DNA of 41,068 nt from Candidatus Woesearchaeota archaeon (GTDB lineage Archaea; Nanobdellota; Nanobdellia; Pacearchaeales; GW2011-AR1), in assembly GCA_964615065.1 (NCBI GenBank), contig CAZTPM010000001.1:1-41068 (forward strand), in the 5' to 3' direction. Position numbers and translations under genes: made by a program. Below the pieces are notes generated by a model that saw only the letters and a list, made by a program, of their open reading frames with translations, was not told the origin of the DNA and did not search any database. This document shows, piece by piece, positions 1-10,702 of this stretch (position 1 is the stretch's first letter; each line of letters starts with the position of its first letter).

Positions 1-2
1 AA

Positions 3-3000
3 CGGAAAGAAGATTTTTCTTTAGATAGTTCTATTCGGTGGAAATGTTGTTGTGAGGGGATTTCTGAATGCACTCCAAACTGTGCTGGAAAAGAATGTGG
101 AGATGATGGTTGTGTTGGAAGCTGTGGGATTTGTGGGACAGGATATGAATGTAATAGTCATGGGCAATGTGTTGAACAAATTCAATCTTTAGGAATTTGT
201 TCTGGTGTCGCTATACCCTGTTTTAAATTAAAAGATATAATTTCTTGTGAAAATCAGCAAGGCTGTTCATGGGGTTCAATAACTGCTAATGCAATTGCTC
301 CAGAAAATCCATTACCTTCTTCTTGTTCTGGGGTAGCAAAAGATTGTAAAGATTTTAGTGAAGAAACTTTTTGTGAAAATCAGCAAGGCTGTTCATGGAA
401 AGAAAATTGTGTTCCTAATTGTGTAAATAAAGAATGTGGTGGTGATGGTTGTGGAGGAAGTTGTGGAACTTGCGATGAAGGTTATGAATGTGTTAAAGGG
501 ATTTGTGTTGAAAAGATAACCCCTATTAGGGGGAATAAAAAAGATATTTCTAAATATTTTAATGATCAGGTTTTTTTAATATCAGATAAAAATTGGAAAG
601 ATGTTTTGCAGTTGGTTCCTTTAACAACTTGGACACAGCAACAAGGAGATGATTCAGAATGCCAAAGAGGTTATGGAACTGCTGATAGTGTTTGTGTTTA
701 TCCGACGCTGATTTTTCATGAGGAGGAAAATAATAATCTTTATATTGATATGGATGATTATTACTCTTGGCAGAAAGGAAGCAATATAATCACGATTGGT
801 CTCACCTTTTTAAATGGGGGTAGTTGGTCTTATAAAAAGAGTATAAGCAAAAAATTCAATTTACAACCTGGAGAATTGATAACTTTTTATTATAATATTA
901 CAACAGCAGATAGCGTTGTTGAAAAAATAGAGATTACACATCTTCCAGATTTTTTAGAATTTGTTGAGCCTGTTAATGGTATTATTAATAATATTAACTC
1001 CAATTTTCCAGATTGGCATACTTTTGAATTTATACTAAAAGTAAAAAATGATACACATGTAGAAATACATAAATCATTTGATGCAGATTCAATTATTTAT
1101 TTTATGCAACAGGATAACACAGAAAAAGTAAAGATTGTTGGAGAAACTCCACAAGAGTTAGATAATTTATTAATTGCTGAGCCAGAACTTGGGGCAGGAA
1201 TAAATCAAAACCAGGTTCAAAGAATTAAGCCAGAAGATTATCTAAATTATTGGGTGAGTTATGAAGATGTTGTTTATGTTGAAGATAATTATGAGTTGGG
1301 TTTAATGGCTTCAACTTACGCATCACTAATAAATGCTCCATTGATAATACAAGGAACTGAATTAGATGTTCCAGAAGTTTTTGCAGGGAGAAATATTATT
1401 TGCGTTGGTTCTGTTTCTCCTTCTGGAGCAACTTGTAATGAGCAGGATAATTTAGAACAATTACAAAAGAAATATGTTGATGAAACAAATACAGATAAAA
1501 TTATTTTAGTTAATCCTAATGATTTAAATATAAAGGTTGAAGAACTTTTTCAACCAGAAAAATCTGCGAATCCTGTTTATGAAATTTATAGTAAGATAAG
1601 TTTAGCTTCGCCGATTTTAGCAAGTGCAAAGCACGAGATTATTATTAGTACGACAGCGACGGATTATGAAAAGATTAGTGACTTTGTTAAGGAAAAAGTT
1701 AATGATTTAATTCCTAAAATAATTAATAATAAGAATGGTTTACAAAGGAATAATTATGCAAGTCCTACAAAAAGAATTTACAGAAAAAATTTAAGTACAG
1801 GGAAAGAAAGTGCAATTTATTTAGTAAATGATTATGCTCAAAGAATGATTCTTTCAGATGGAAAAATCTTGTTTAAGGATGGATCTTTTTATGTTTATGA
1901 TATAAAAAGCCAAAATTTACAAAAGGTAAGATTAAATGTTGGCTCTATTTATAGCGATGATTTTTCGCAAGATAAAATATTTTATGAAGTTTCAGGAAGT
2001 AATCCAATTCAAGAATGTAATCTTTTTTTGTATGATACTTTAACGAGTGAACAATTATTTATAAAATCATATCCTAATCAGTGCCAATCAAAAATTACGA
2101 TTGATGGAGAGAATTTGGCATGGGTTGCAAATGCAGAAAAAGGTGTGTGCATTCATAATGAAACTATTTCCTGTAGTGGCGCCAGTGATTGTTCGAAGTT
2201 TTGTTCTAATGATGGTTCTTCATGTGAAATAATTACTGATTGTAATGTGGGTAATTGGTGTTGGTCGGATATTTGTAAAATGGATGATGAAGTTTATGTA
2301 AAAGAAGGAGCTAAAACAGAGCAGAAGATTTTTACATCTGAATATATTAAAATTATTAAAATATCTAAAGATAATATGATTTTTATTGATTCTGGAAAGG
2401 GAAATGAGAAACTTCTTCTTTATAATATTTCTTCAGGACAAACAGAGATAATTAAAGATGAAGATTTGTTCCTAGCATATTCAGATATAGATGGGAACAA
2501 TGTTATTTGGGTAGAGAGTTTTTATGAAATGGGAAGATGGATTAATAAATTATATCTATATAACATTAAAACAAAACAAAAAGTTTTTATATCAGATATT
2601 TGGGGAGAATATCCTCCTCAAATTTCAAATGGAAAAATTTTATGGCTCATTTCAAATGGGATTTGTGAAAATACTGGGTTGTCCTGTTTAGAGAATCTTG
2701 ATTGTGGTTCTTTTTGTACTATATCTGGGAAAAGCTGTGGGATGGGCGATGAGAATAGTTGGAATAGTTGTTCCTCAGAAGAAAGTTGTGTTTATGAACA
2801 ATGTGCAAGTACAAAAGCTTATATCTATGATATAGATTCTTCTCAAACAACTTCTATAGATATTCCTTTTGGAGCACAAAATATTTTGATTAAAGACGAT
2901 GAAATTTTTTATACAAATGAAGAAAAGTATGATTTTTATCTTTCTGGATTTTTGACAATATTTGGAGCACCCAATGCAATACCTTTAAGAGAAGAAATGT

Positions 3001-3740
3001 CGGCAATTGGAAATTGTTATGATAATTATCGTTCATTAGACCATACAGGGTATGGGGATATTTATTTAGAGGATAGATATTCTGATATGTCTGTTGGGAG
3101 AGTGCAGGGAATTACAATTTCGGATGTGTCAAGTTATCTTGGAAGAGATTTATTTTATGATAAAACTGTGAGAACAAAGAATATTCAATTTATGGCAAGT
3201 TCTTTTGATTATATGTTGAAAAATGCAAATAGCTGGACTCAGATTTTTAATAATGTAGGTTATAATGCTCATTGTAGTATTCAACCAACTCCATATATTT
3301 CTGGAAAAGATTTAATTTGTGATATAGATAATAGTTTGGAAACTTGGCCTAATTTATGGAAAAGTAAAGATATGATATCATATATGGACCATGGGAGTCC
3401 TAATTGGGCAGGAATTGATTCTAATGAAATTCCTTATTTAGAAAATTCAATTGTGTATAGTGATGCTTGTTTAACTTGTTCAACATATAATTCTCATTCT
3501 TTTTGCAATAATGTTCTTAGAAAAGGAGGGTTAGGATATTTGGGGGCAGTAAGTACAGGTTGGGCAGGAAATAAGATTTATAAAAATACTATGAATGGAA
3601 TTTATAAAGATAAATTAACTTTAGGAGAGTCATTTACAAAAGCATATGTGTATGATCCTTATGAATACATGACAACTTTATTAGGAGATCCTACACTTGA
3701 TATAAATCCAGATTATAATTTAGATGAGGGATTACCATGA
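3..3740 (+). CDS. Large secreted cysteine-rich surface protein with C-terminal peptidase C25 (gingipain-like) domain; 5' end cut by window edge
   Basis: The frame of the 606..3740 track ORF stays open back to nt 3 in my hand translation, so the TTG at 606 is not the start. N-terminal modules NC.GKECG.DGCGGSCG.C..GYEC and CENQQGCSW each occur twice. The C-terminus shows C25-like motifs: SDMSVGRVQG, MDHGSPNW (His-Gly), SDACLTCS (catalytic Cys candidate) and LLGDPTLDI. Confidence 0.6.
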   Translation, partial: RKEDFSLDSSIRWKCCCEGISECTPNCAGKECGDDGCVGSCGICGTGYECNSHGQCVEQIQSLGICSGVAIPCFKLKDIISCENQQGCSWGSITANAIAPENPLPSSCSGVAKDCKDFSEETFCENQQGCSWKENCVPNCVNKECGGDGCGGSCGTCDEGYECVKGICVEKITPIRGNKKDISKYFNDQVFLISDKNWKDVLQLVPLTTWTQQQGDDSECQRGYGTADSVCVYPTLIFHEEENNNLYIDMDDYYSWQKGSNIITIGLTFLNGGSWSYKKSISKKFNLQPGELITFYYNITTADSVVEKIEITHLPDFLEFVEPVNGIINNINSNFPDWHTFEFILKVKNDTHVEIHKSFDADSIIYFMQQDNTEKVKIVGETPQELDNLLIAEPELGAGINQNQVQRIKPEDYLNYWVSYEDVVYVEDNYELGLMASTYASLINAPLIIQGTELDVPEVFAGRNIICVGSVSPSGATCNEQDNLEQLQKKYVDETNTDKIILVNPNDLNIKVEELFQPEKSANPVYEIYSKISLASPILASAKHEIIISTTATDYEKISDFVKEKVNDLIPKIINNKNGLQRNNYASPTKRIYRKNLSTGKESAIYLVNDYAQRMILSDGKILFKDGSFYVYDIKSQNLQKVRLNVGSIYSDDFSQDKIFYEVSGSNPIQECNLFLYDTLTSEQLFIKSYPNQCQSKITIDGENLAWVANAEKGVCIHNETISCSGASDCSKFCSNDGSSCEIITDCNVGNWCWSDICKMDDEVYVKEGAKTEQKIFTSEYIKIIKISKDNMIFIDSGKGNEKLLLYNISSGQTEIIKDEDLFLAYSDIDGNNVIWVESFYEMGRWINKLYLYNIKTKQKVFISDIWGEYPPQISNGKILWLISNGICENTGLSCLENLDCGSFCTISGKSCGMGDENSWNSCSSEESCVYEQCASTKAYIYDIDSSQTTSIDIPFGAQNILIKDDEIFYTNEEKYDFYLSGFLTIFGAPNAIPLREEMSAIGNCYDNYRSLDHTGYGDIYLEDRYSDMSVGRVQGITISDVSSYLGRDLFYDKTVRTKNIQFMASSFDYMLKNANSWTQIFNNVGYNAHCSIQPTPYISGKDLICDIDNSLETWPNLWKSKDMISYMDHGSPNWAGIDSNEIPYLENSIVYSDACLTCSTYNSHSFCNNVLRKGGLGYLGAVSTGWAGNKIYKNTMNGIYKDKLTLGESFTKAYVYDPYEYMTTLLGDPTLDINPDYNLDEGLP

Positions 3741-4561
3741 TGTCAATAAAAAAATTTATTTTGATTTTATTTTTTGGAATATTCTTTATTCATTTAGTCG
3801 GGGCTGTTACAGACATAAGTATTAGTGTTGATAATATATTTTATGAAGGTGATGAAGTAAAATTTGCTTATAGATTTATTTCTACTCAAGATGAAACAAT
3901 AAATTATTTTGCAAACGTTGAGTGTCCAGGCTCACCTACGGCATCTCTTGAAATGAAAGAAGCTAATTTAGTTGCAAATGAATACTTTCAAGAAGTGTAT
4001 TCTTATGGATTTGTTGGTGAAAATGTTAAATCTGGGAATTGTGTCGCTTCAATTTTTATTTTGGAACCTTATGAGAAAAGTTTTGAAAAATCATTTAAAA
4101 TTGAAACCTTGGAAACTTTCGATTTTTCTTTAATCTTAACCAAAAAGGTTTTCATTCAAAATGAAGATATTGTAATAAATTATACTTCGGAAATTGAAAA
4201 TCCTTCAATAACAGCGACGTTAAATTATCCAGATAATTCAAGTGGGCAAATAAACTTGCCTTACTCGTTTAAAGCAAAGCAAATTGGAACATATGGATTA
4301 GAAGTTGAAGTTTCAAAACAAGGTTATAAAGATATTTCTGTTAAAGAGCAGTTTGGTGTGATTAAAAGTGAAGCAGATATTAATTTTGATGAAACTTCTG
4401 ATTTTTATGATGGTTCTAAAGAAGCAAATGAAAGCAAATTATTTAAGAATAATTCAATATTTTATATTTTTGGGGGGTCTCTGATTCTTTTAATTTTATT
4501 AATTATTATTTTCTTTATTGTTAAGAAAAAGAAGAACCTTAATTCTTCTTCTGAATTGTGA
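3737..4561 (+). CDS. Secreted/membrane-anchored protein (N-terminal signal anchor, C-terminal TM plus KKKK stop-transfer), function unknown
   Basis: ATGA start/stop overlap with the upstream gene. Hydrophobic N-terminus FILILFFGIFFIHLVGA and C-terminal TM IFYIFGGSLILLILLIIIFFIVKKKK. Confidence 0.5.
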   Translation: MMSIKKFILILFFGIFFIHLVGAVTDISISVDNIFYEGDEVKFAYRFISTQDETINYFANVECPGSPTASLEMKEANLVANEYFQEVYSYGFVGENVKSGNCVASIFILEPYEKSFEKSFKIETLETFDFSLILTKKVFIQNEDIVINYTSEIENPSITATLNYPDNSSGQINLPYSFKAKQIGTYGLEVEVSKQGYKDISVKEQFGVIKSEADINFDETSDFYDGSKEANESKLFKNNSIFYIFGGSLILLILLIIIFFIVKKKKNLNSSSEL

Positions 4562-4651
4562 AAGAATTATTAATTTTTTTAGAAGAATTTTTCGCGTTTA
4601 GGTGATAATTTTTTCCTTTCTCTCTAACACGAAAAACATTTTAAACTACGC

Positions 4652-6958
4652 ATGCGTGTTTTGTATATGAAGTTTAATCCAGATTCAAAATTATATTCTT
4701 ATGAAGTGCAGAGGGAGGCAGGTGAAGATGTTCTTTATATTAATTATCTTGGGGCACCATTTGTTCCGAGCTTGGCTGATTCTCCTGAAATTATGGAGAG
4801 AACAGTTGATTCTTTAATTGAAAATCCAAATGTTTCAAGGATTGTTTTTGTCCAGCAAAAAAATTATAATTATGATTTTGAAGAAACTTCTTTTCTTTTA
4901 GAAATTGCACAGCTTTATGTTTATTTAGTGAAGCAGGAAAAAATTTTGTCGCAGGAAAAATTAGTTACAAATGTTGAAGGTGTTTTTTCAAAAAGGTATA
5001 ACCAGCTTTTTTCATTTTTACTTCTGTTAAAACAAGATCCTGTTTCTGCTTATTTTGAATTAAAAAAAATTATAATTGAATCTAAAATAAATTTAGACAA
5101 GATAAGTCCAGATAGAAGGACAGATTTTATGAGTTATGCGCACCTTCTTGAGAAAATTTTTAATTTGTTTGTAAAAACAAAAATTATTCAAAAAGCAAAA
5201 CCTTTTTTGGCAAATTATTCTAAAGGGAATCGGGAAATTTATTATAAATTATTTAGGCCAGATGTCATACCAAATTTTACTTTTACTCGTTTGGTTTCTG
5301 ATTTGCCTGAAGACGCAGAAATTATTGACCAGTATGAAATTTCAAATAGCGACTATGATATTTCGAATGTTACTATTTTGAAAAAAAAGAATGATGCAAA
5401 ATTTATTTATCACCTGATGCCCCCTGAAAATTCTTTGAGCGAAGATCATAACATGCTTTTAAATTTAGCAAGAAGTGTTTTGGTTGAGCACCAGCCCCAA
5501 GCAGAAGAATTTACAGATACAGAAAGGACAAGGCAAGTTTTTTTTAATATTTCAAAGGATTTATTGCAAGACCTTGCCCAGACAAAACAAATTAGTTTAA
5601 GTTATTCTGGTTTGAATAAATTAGCAACTATTTTAGTTAGGCATACAATTGGTTTTGGATTGATTGAAGTTTTGTTACAAGACAAAAAACTTCAGGATAT
5701 TTCTTTGAATGCACCTATTCCTTTGATACCTATTTTTTTAAAGCATCAGGATTTTGATGAATGTTCTTCAAATATCTTACCGAGTCAAGAAGATGTTGAT
5801 TCTTGGGCTGCAAAGTTTAGGATGATTTCTGGTCGGCCTCTTGATGAAGCAAATCCGATTTTGGATACCCAGTTAGAAATTGGAAAAATTAGAGCACGAA
5901 TAGCGATTATTCAGGCACCCTTATCTCCTGATGGTTTGGCCTATTCAATTAGAAGGCACAGAGAAGATCCTTGGACACTTCCTCTTTTTGTTCAGAATAA
6001 AATGTTAAATCCTTTTGCAGCTGGTTTGTTGAGTTTTTTAATTGATGGTTCACGAACCCTTTTAGTTGCAGGAACAAGAAGTTCAGGGAAAACCTCTTTG
6101 CTGGGGAGTTTAATGCAAGAAATTATTCCTAAGTTTAGAGTTATTGTTATTGAAGATTCATTGGAATTACCTGTTGAATCCCTGAGAAAGTTGAAATATG
6201 ATATTTTACGAATGAAAGTTCGTTCTGCTTTGTTGAAAACAACAACAGAAGTTTCTGCAGAGGACGGGATTAGAACAAGTTTGCGTTTAGGTGATAGTTG
6301 TTTAATAATTGGAGAAGTTAGAAGTGTGGAAGCAAAAGCACTTTACGAAGCAATGCGTATTGGTGCTTTAGCAAATGTTGTGGCAGGAACAATTCATGGT
6401 GCGTCGCCATATGGTGTTTTTGATAGGGTTGTAAATGATTTAGGGGTTCCTGCAACTTCTTTCAAAGCAACAGATATAATTGTTATTTGTAATCCTGTAA
6501 AATCAGCAGATGGTTTGCATTCATGGAAAAGGGTTGTTCAAATTTCAGAAGTCAGAAAACATTGGGAAAAAGATCCTTTGCTTGAACAGGGCTTTGTTGA
6601 TTTAATGAAATACAATGTTGAAAAAGACGAGCTTGAACCAACAGAGGACTTGAGGAATGGAGACAGCGAGATAATAAAAAATATTGCTTCAAGTATAAAA
6701 GGTTGGGCAGGAAATTGGGATGCTGTTTATGATAATATTTTACTTCGTGCAAAAATAAAAAAAGAACTTGTTGATATTGCTAAAAAAATTGGGGACAATA
6801 ATCTTTTGGAAGCTGAATTTAACGAGCAATCAAACAATGCTTTTCATCAAATTTCAGATGAAATTGTAAAAGAAGTCGGATTACCCTTAAGTGAGTTTGT
6901 TTTCCCTGAATGGAAAAAGTGGTTGGAAGAAGAGTTGAAGAAGAAGGAGAAATTGTAA
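4652..6958 (+). CDS. Type IV pilus/archaellum-type secretion ATPase (FlaI/ArlI/PilB/VirB11 superfamily) with long N-terminal extension
   Basis: Walker A GTRSSGKTSLLGS, Walker B-like RVIVIEDSLEL, IIGEVRS box and GTIHGAS His box. Alternative start at ATG 4667. Confidence 0.8.
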   Translation: MRVLYMKFNPDSKLYSYEVQREAGEDVLYINYLGAPFVPSLADSPEIMERTVDSLIENPNVSRIVFVQQKNYNYDFEETSFLLEIAQLYVYLVKQEKILSQEKLVTNVEGVFSKRYNQLFSFLLLLKQDPVSAYFELKKIIIESKINLDKISPDRRTDFMSYAHLLEKIFNLFVKTKIIQKAKPFLANYSKGNREIYYKLFRPDVIPNFTFTRLVSDLPEDAEIIDQYEISNSDYDISNVTILKKKNDAKFIYHLMPPENSLSEDHNMLLNLARSVLVEHQPQAEEFTDTERTRQVFFNISKDLLQDLAQTKQISLSYSGLNKLATILVRHTIGFGLIEVLLQDKKLQDISLNAPIPLIPIFLKHQDFDECSSNILPSQEDVDSWAAKFRMISGRPLDEANPILDTQLEIGKIRARIAIIQAPLSPDGLAYSIRRHREDPWTLPLFVQNKMLNPFAAGLLSFLIDGSRTLLVAGTRSSGKTSLLGSLMQEIIPKFRVIVIEDSLELPVESLRKLKYDILRMKVRSALLKTTTEVSAEDGIRTSLRLGDSCLIIGEVRSVEAKALYEAMRIGALANVVAGTIHGASPYGVFDRVVNDLGVPATSFKATDIIVICNPVKSADGLHSWKRVVQISEVRKHWEKDPLLEQGFVDLMKYNVEKDELEPTEDLRNGDSEIIKNIASSIKGWAGNWDAVYDNILLRAKIKKELVDIAKKIGDNNLLEAEFNEQSNNAFHQISDEIVKEVGLPLSEFVFPEWKKWLEEELKKKEKL

Positions 6959-7010
6959 AATGAGAATAAAGAAGGGAAGATTTTTAAAAGTTCTAATGTG
7001 TTAAATTGAT

Positions 7011-9758
7011 ATGGTGAATTTATCAGAAAAAGAAACTAGAAAGAAAATTATAGACCCAATTTTAGAAAGAACTGGATGGAAGAAAGAATATATTAAAGAA
7101 GAAATTAATTCTGTGAAATCTAATTTCGGAACTAAAAAATTTGTTTTTTTTAAGAAAGATAATATAGAGGTCGGAGATAGATTTATTGATTATCTTCTTT
7201 TGGATGAAGATAATTCTCCTTTAGCTATTATTGAAGCAAAGAAAACATCGATAAGTGTTGAAAAGGGAGAAATTCAATCTAGAACCTATCGAGAAGATAT
7301 TGAGAAACAAACAAAAAAAAGAATCCCTATTTTTTTAACAAATGGGAAACAATGGTATTATGTTGACGAGAAAGATAGAAGAAGACAAGTTCCCCTTCCA
7401 TTTGAACAAAAAGATTTGCATAGGAGAGTTCATCTTTTTGAAAGAGAGCGAGATCCAACTAAAGTAAAGATTAAACCAGAGATTGTGGATAGAGATAGAA
7501 GTATAGAAGCAGTAAAGGTTATTTTAGAACATCTCGAAAAAGGAAATAGGTCCGCACTAATTAATATGGCCACAGGAACGGGGAAGACAAGAGTCGCTAT
7601 GGCAATTATAGACGTATTAATGAGATCAAATTCTGTTAGAAATGTTTTATTTATTGTAGATAGAATTTCTTTATCGAATCAAGCTAAAGAAAATGGGTTT
7701 AAAGAATTTTTTCCAGGAGAGCCTGTTTGTGAATTAAATGTTGAAGGATTTTCTGAAAGTGCTAGGCTTTATGTTTCAACCATTCAAACCTTAATGAGTG
7801 ATAAAAAGCCAAGAGGAAAATTTTATGAAAAATTTGGAATAGGCGCTTTTGATTTAATTGTTTATGATGAAGCCCATCGTTCTTATTATGATAAAAATAA
7901 TGATGTCTTAAAATATTTTGATGCTATCAAACTGGGTTTAACTGCAACCCCTTCAAAAAAAGAAGGGAAAGATACTTTTGAATTATTTGGTTGTGAAGAT
8001 AAAGAACCAACATATAAATATGATTATGATTCTGCTGTTGATGATGAAGTTCTAGCTCCTTATTCTGCAGAGGTCATTGAGACTAAGATTTTATCATTAG
8101 GGATAGAAGGAAAGAAATTAAGCAAAGAATTAAGATTTCAATTGGAAAAACAAGAAGAGAACCCCTATGATTTTCAAACTCCTGGAGCAAGATTTGAAAA
8201 ATTGTTTACAGATTCAAGAACAAATGAATTAATTGTTAGAGAGTTTATTGATAGGTGCTATAAAACAGATGATAGGGTTCCATGTAAGACTATCTTCTTT
8301 TGTGCGAGTGTTAAGCATGCTGAATCTTTAAAAAATATCTTTGATAGGCTTTATCCTAATTTAGCTAGAGAAGTAAGAGTTATTACTTCAGACAGAACCA
8401 GATATATGGATGAAGTTAGAAGATTCAAAAGAAACTCTACTCCGAGAATTGCTTTATCTGTCGGAGTTTTAGATACAGGTATTGATATTCCTGAAATTAT
8501 GAATTTGGTTTTTGTTAAACCTGTTTTTTCTTATATAAGATTCTGGCAAATGCTTGGAAGAGGAACTAGAAATTTAGAAACATGTAAGCATAAGGATTGG
8601 TTGCCTCATAAAGATGGAGTAGCTGTTAAAGATAATTTTCTTATTTTAGATTTTAAATTTGGAGAGCATTCAAATGTAGAGTTTCATGATTTAGATAGGA
8701 CAAGAGAAAAGTCCAAATTAATCGACGCTAAAACAAGAATCTTCTTAGAGCAGGTTGATTTGCTTGAAAAAGATTTAAAGGAAAATGAGAAGGAAGTTAT
8801 TGAAAAGGCGATTATAGAAACTGTGAGAAGTATTGACATTGATTCTCCTCTTGTTTTAGAAAAGAAAAATATAATCAAAAAAGTTATTTCTAAAAAATTT
8901 GATTTGAAAGAGCATGTCAAAGAATTGAGGGAAGAAATTGCTCCTTTACTTATTTATTCTAAATCTGAAAATTCAAAAGTTTATGCATTTATTGGAAAAT
9001 GTGTTAAGTTGTTTGACGCTATTAAAGAAGACTATAAGGATAAGATTTGGAAGATTGAAGAGTTTGTTAAAGAAAGAGTTGAGAATGTTTGGGAGAGAAG
9101 TTTGGAAGTGGTTAGAGAGAAAGATGAGCAAATAAAAAAAGTTTTGGGAGATGAATTTTGGCAAGACATAACTTTTGAAGATGTTGATTTCTTAATTAGA
9201 GAAATTGCTTCTTTAATGATTTATTATGAAATCTATGGAAAGAAGATGTTGAGGATTGATGCTCCTGATGTTGTTATTAATGTTGAAAAATTTGAGATGA
9301 AAGTTAAAGAAAATCCTAATTTTGAATATTTCTTAAATAGCAATCCTTTAATTAAAAAAATTAAAGAAAGTAAAGGAGTTACATCTAGAGAATTGCTTGA
9401 AATTGAAAAGAAACTTTCAAGTTTAAATTCTGCTTGGACAATTGAAAATATTCAAAATATTAGAAAAATAGATTTTGTATTATTTTTAAGACAGCTTTTA
9501 CAGGTAATTGATTTGCCTGACCCTCAAGAAATGATTAAGCAAGAATTTGATAAGTTTGTGATTAGCAGGAATGAGCATTATAATTCAGAGCAATTGAAAT
9601 TTCTGAGATTATTAAAACAGGTTTTTGTAAGAGCAAAGCATATTGAATTAAAGGATTTTGCAAAGCATCCTTTGACAGAAGAAAGGCCCTTGGATTTGTT
9701 TGAAAAAAAGCAGTTGATTGAGATTGTTGATAAGTGTAATAAGTTGAGGTGGCGGTGA
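7011..9758 (+). CDS. hsdR: Type I restriction enzyme R subunit (COG4096/EcoEI-like)
   Basis: HsdR_N-like N-terminus EKETRKKIIDPILERTGW. Helicase motifs MATGTGKTRVA (I), VYDEAHRS (II, DEAH), GLTATP (III) and QMLGRGTR (VI). Long helical C-terminal tail. Confidence 0.85.
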   Translation: MVNLSEKETRKKIIDPILERTGWKKEYIKEEINSVKSNFGTKKFVFFKKDNIEVGDRFIDYLLLDEDNSPLAIIEAKKTSISVEKGEIQSRTYREDIEKQTKKRIPIFLTNGKQWYYVDEKDRRRQVPLPFEQKDLHRRVHLFERERDPTKVKIKPEIVDRDRSIEAVKVILEHLEKGNRSALINMATGTGKTRVAMAIIDVLMRSNSVRNVLFIVDRISLSNQAKENGFKEFFPGEPVCELNVEGFSESARLYVSTIQTLMSDKKPRGKFYEKFGIGAFDLIVYDEAHRSYYDKNNDVLKYFDAIKLGLTATPSKKEGKDTFELFGCEDKEPTYKYDYDSAVDDEVLAPYSAEVIETKILSLGIEGKKLSKELRFQLEKQEENPYDFQTPGARFEKLFTDSRTNELIVREFIDRCYKTDDRVPCKTIFFCASVKHAESLKNIFDRLYPNLAREVRVITSDRTRYMDEVRRFKRNSTPRIALSVGVLDTGIDIPEIMNLVFVKPVFSYIRFWQMLGRGTRNLETCKHKDWLPHKDGVAVKDNFLILDFKFGEHSNVEFHDLDRTREKSKLIDAKTRIFLEQVDLLEKDLKENEKEVIEKAIIETVRSIDIDSPLVLEKKNIIKKVISKKFDLKEHVKELREEIAPLLIYSKSENSKVYAFIGKCVKLFDAIKEDYKDKIWKIEEFVKERVENVWERSLEVVREKDEQIKKVLGDEFWQDITFEDVDFLIREIASLMIYYEIYGKKMLRIDAPDVVINVEKFEMKVKENPNFEYFLNSNPLIKKIKESKGVTSRELLEIEKKLSSLNSAWTIENIQNIRKIDFVLFLRQLLQVIDLPDPQEMIKQEFDKFVISRNEHYNSEQLKFLRLLKQVFVRAKHIELKDFAKHPLTEERPLDLFEKKQLIEIVDKCNKLRWR

Positions 9759-9856
9759 AATTCATAAAATACGCAATTTATGAAAAAAGGTAAATCTTTG
9801 GTTTACTAAAAAACACGAATAGGAAGTTTTAAATAACCTTTTTGAGTGAGGAATGT

Positions 9857-10702
9857 ATGACAATTCAAAAATCTCAGGAAGAAAGTGATAGCATGATAGT
9901 CTCTTCTAAGTTGCCGCGAGAAGAGTTGCTCAACTTTAAGAAATTGTGTGATTTCGAGGACAAGACCCCTAGCAAGAAAATTAGGGAACTTATCAATCTG
10001 GAAGTTGACGATAGATTTGGGGGGATGTATAAGAGCAGATACGATAAAGAAAAAATAAGGCAGTTTCAAATTAGTGCAATTAATGATTATAATTCTAGCC
10101 AAAGAGTGGGAGATATTGCTAAAGTTAATCTTGTTGAAAGAACAGATGGGAAGTTTACTCAAATTGGTTTAAGACCCTTGATTGATGAAGATATTTTCTT
10201 GCCAAAAGGAAAAGTATATCCTGTTCTTCCTTCAATAGGGATGGATGTTGCAAATGGCGAGATGAATTTTTTAATAGGTCATATTTTAAAGGATGAGAAA
10301 ATACAAAGAGTAAGCATTATCAAGGAAAAACTTAAAGAATTTCCCAGAGAGATAAATTTCAGTGAATCTACTATTTTAATTTCTAATGATTTTTTCGTAG
10401 AACTTGCAATGTCTCTTATGCATAGAATTAAGTATGAAAATAATAAAATGATTCTTGACTTTCATCATAAATTAATGTTTGTTCCTGGAGAAGCCATGAG
10501 AAATAAAATAATTATAATTGAGGATGGAGCAGTCTTATGGGCGAAAGAAAAATTTCATAATGGGTTTACGGGTAAGGATGAAAGTTTAAATATTTCTATT
10601 AAGCCAAAAATAGGCGGAAAAGTAGATATTACTGTGAGAAGTGTTAATCGAATTAAAGCTCTCTACCCTGAGATGATTAAAATTTTGGAGGTTGGAGAAT
10701 GA
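9857..10702 (+). CDS. Ribbon-helix-helix (CopG/Arc-like) N-terminal domain protein with about 220-aa uncharacterised C-terminal domain
   Basis: The track ORF starts at TTG 9842. ATG 9857 is preceded by GTGAGGA. The segment MIVSSKLPREELLNFKKLCDFEDKTPSKKIRELI fits a beta-strand plus two-helix RHH pattern. I do not recognise the rest. Confidence 0.45.
   Translation: MTIQKSQEESDSMIVSSKLPREELLNFKKLCDFEDKTPSKKIRELINLEVDDRFGGMYKSRYDKEKIRQFQISAINDYNSSQRVGDIAKVNLVERTDGKFTQIGLRPLIDEDIFLPKGKVYPVLPSIGMDVANGEMNFLIGHILKDEKIQRVSIIKEKLKEFPREINFSESTILISNDFFVELAMSLMHRIKYENNKMILDFHHKLMFVPGEAMRNKIIIIEDGAVLWAKEKFHNGFTGKDESLNISIKPKIGGKVDITVRSVNRIKALYPEMIKILEVGE

Noticed and set aside
606-3740. ORF-track start (TTG at 606) for the large surface protein
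   Set aside because: The same frame has no stop codon back to nt 3 and encodes coherent Cys-rich modules. The gene is therefore 5'-truncated by the window rather than starting at 606.
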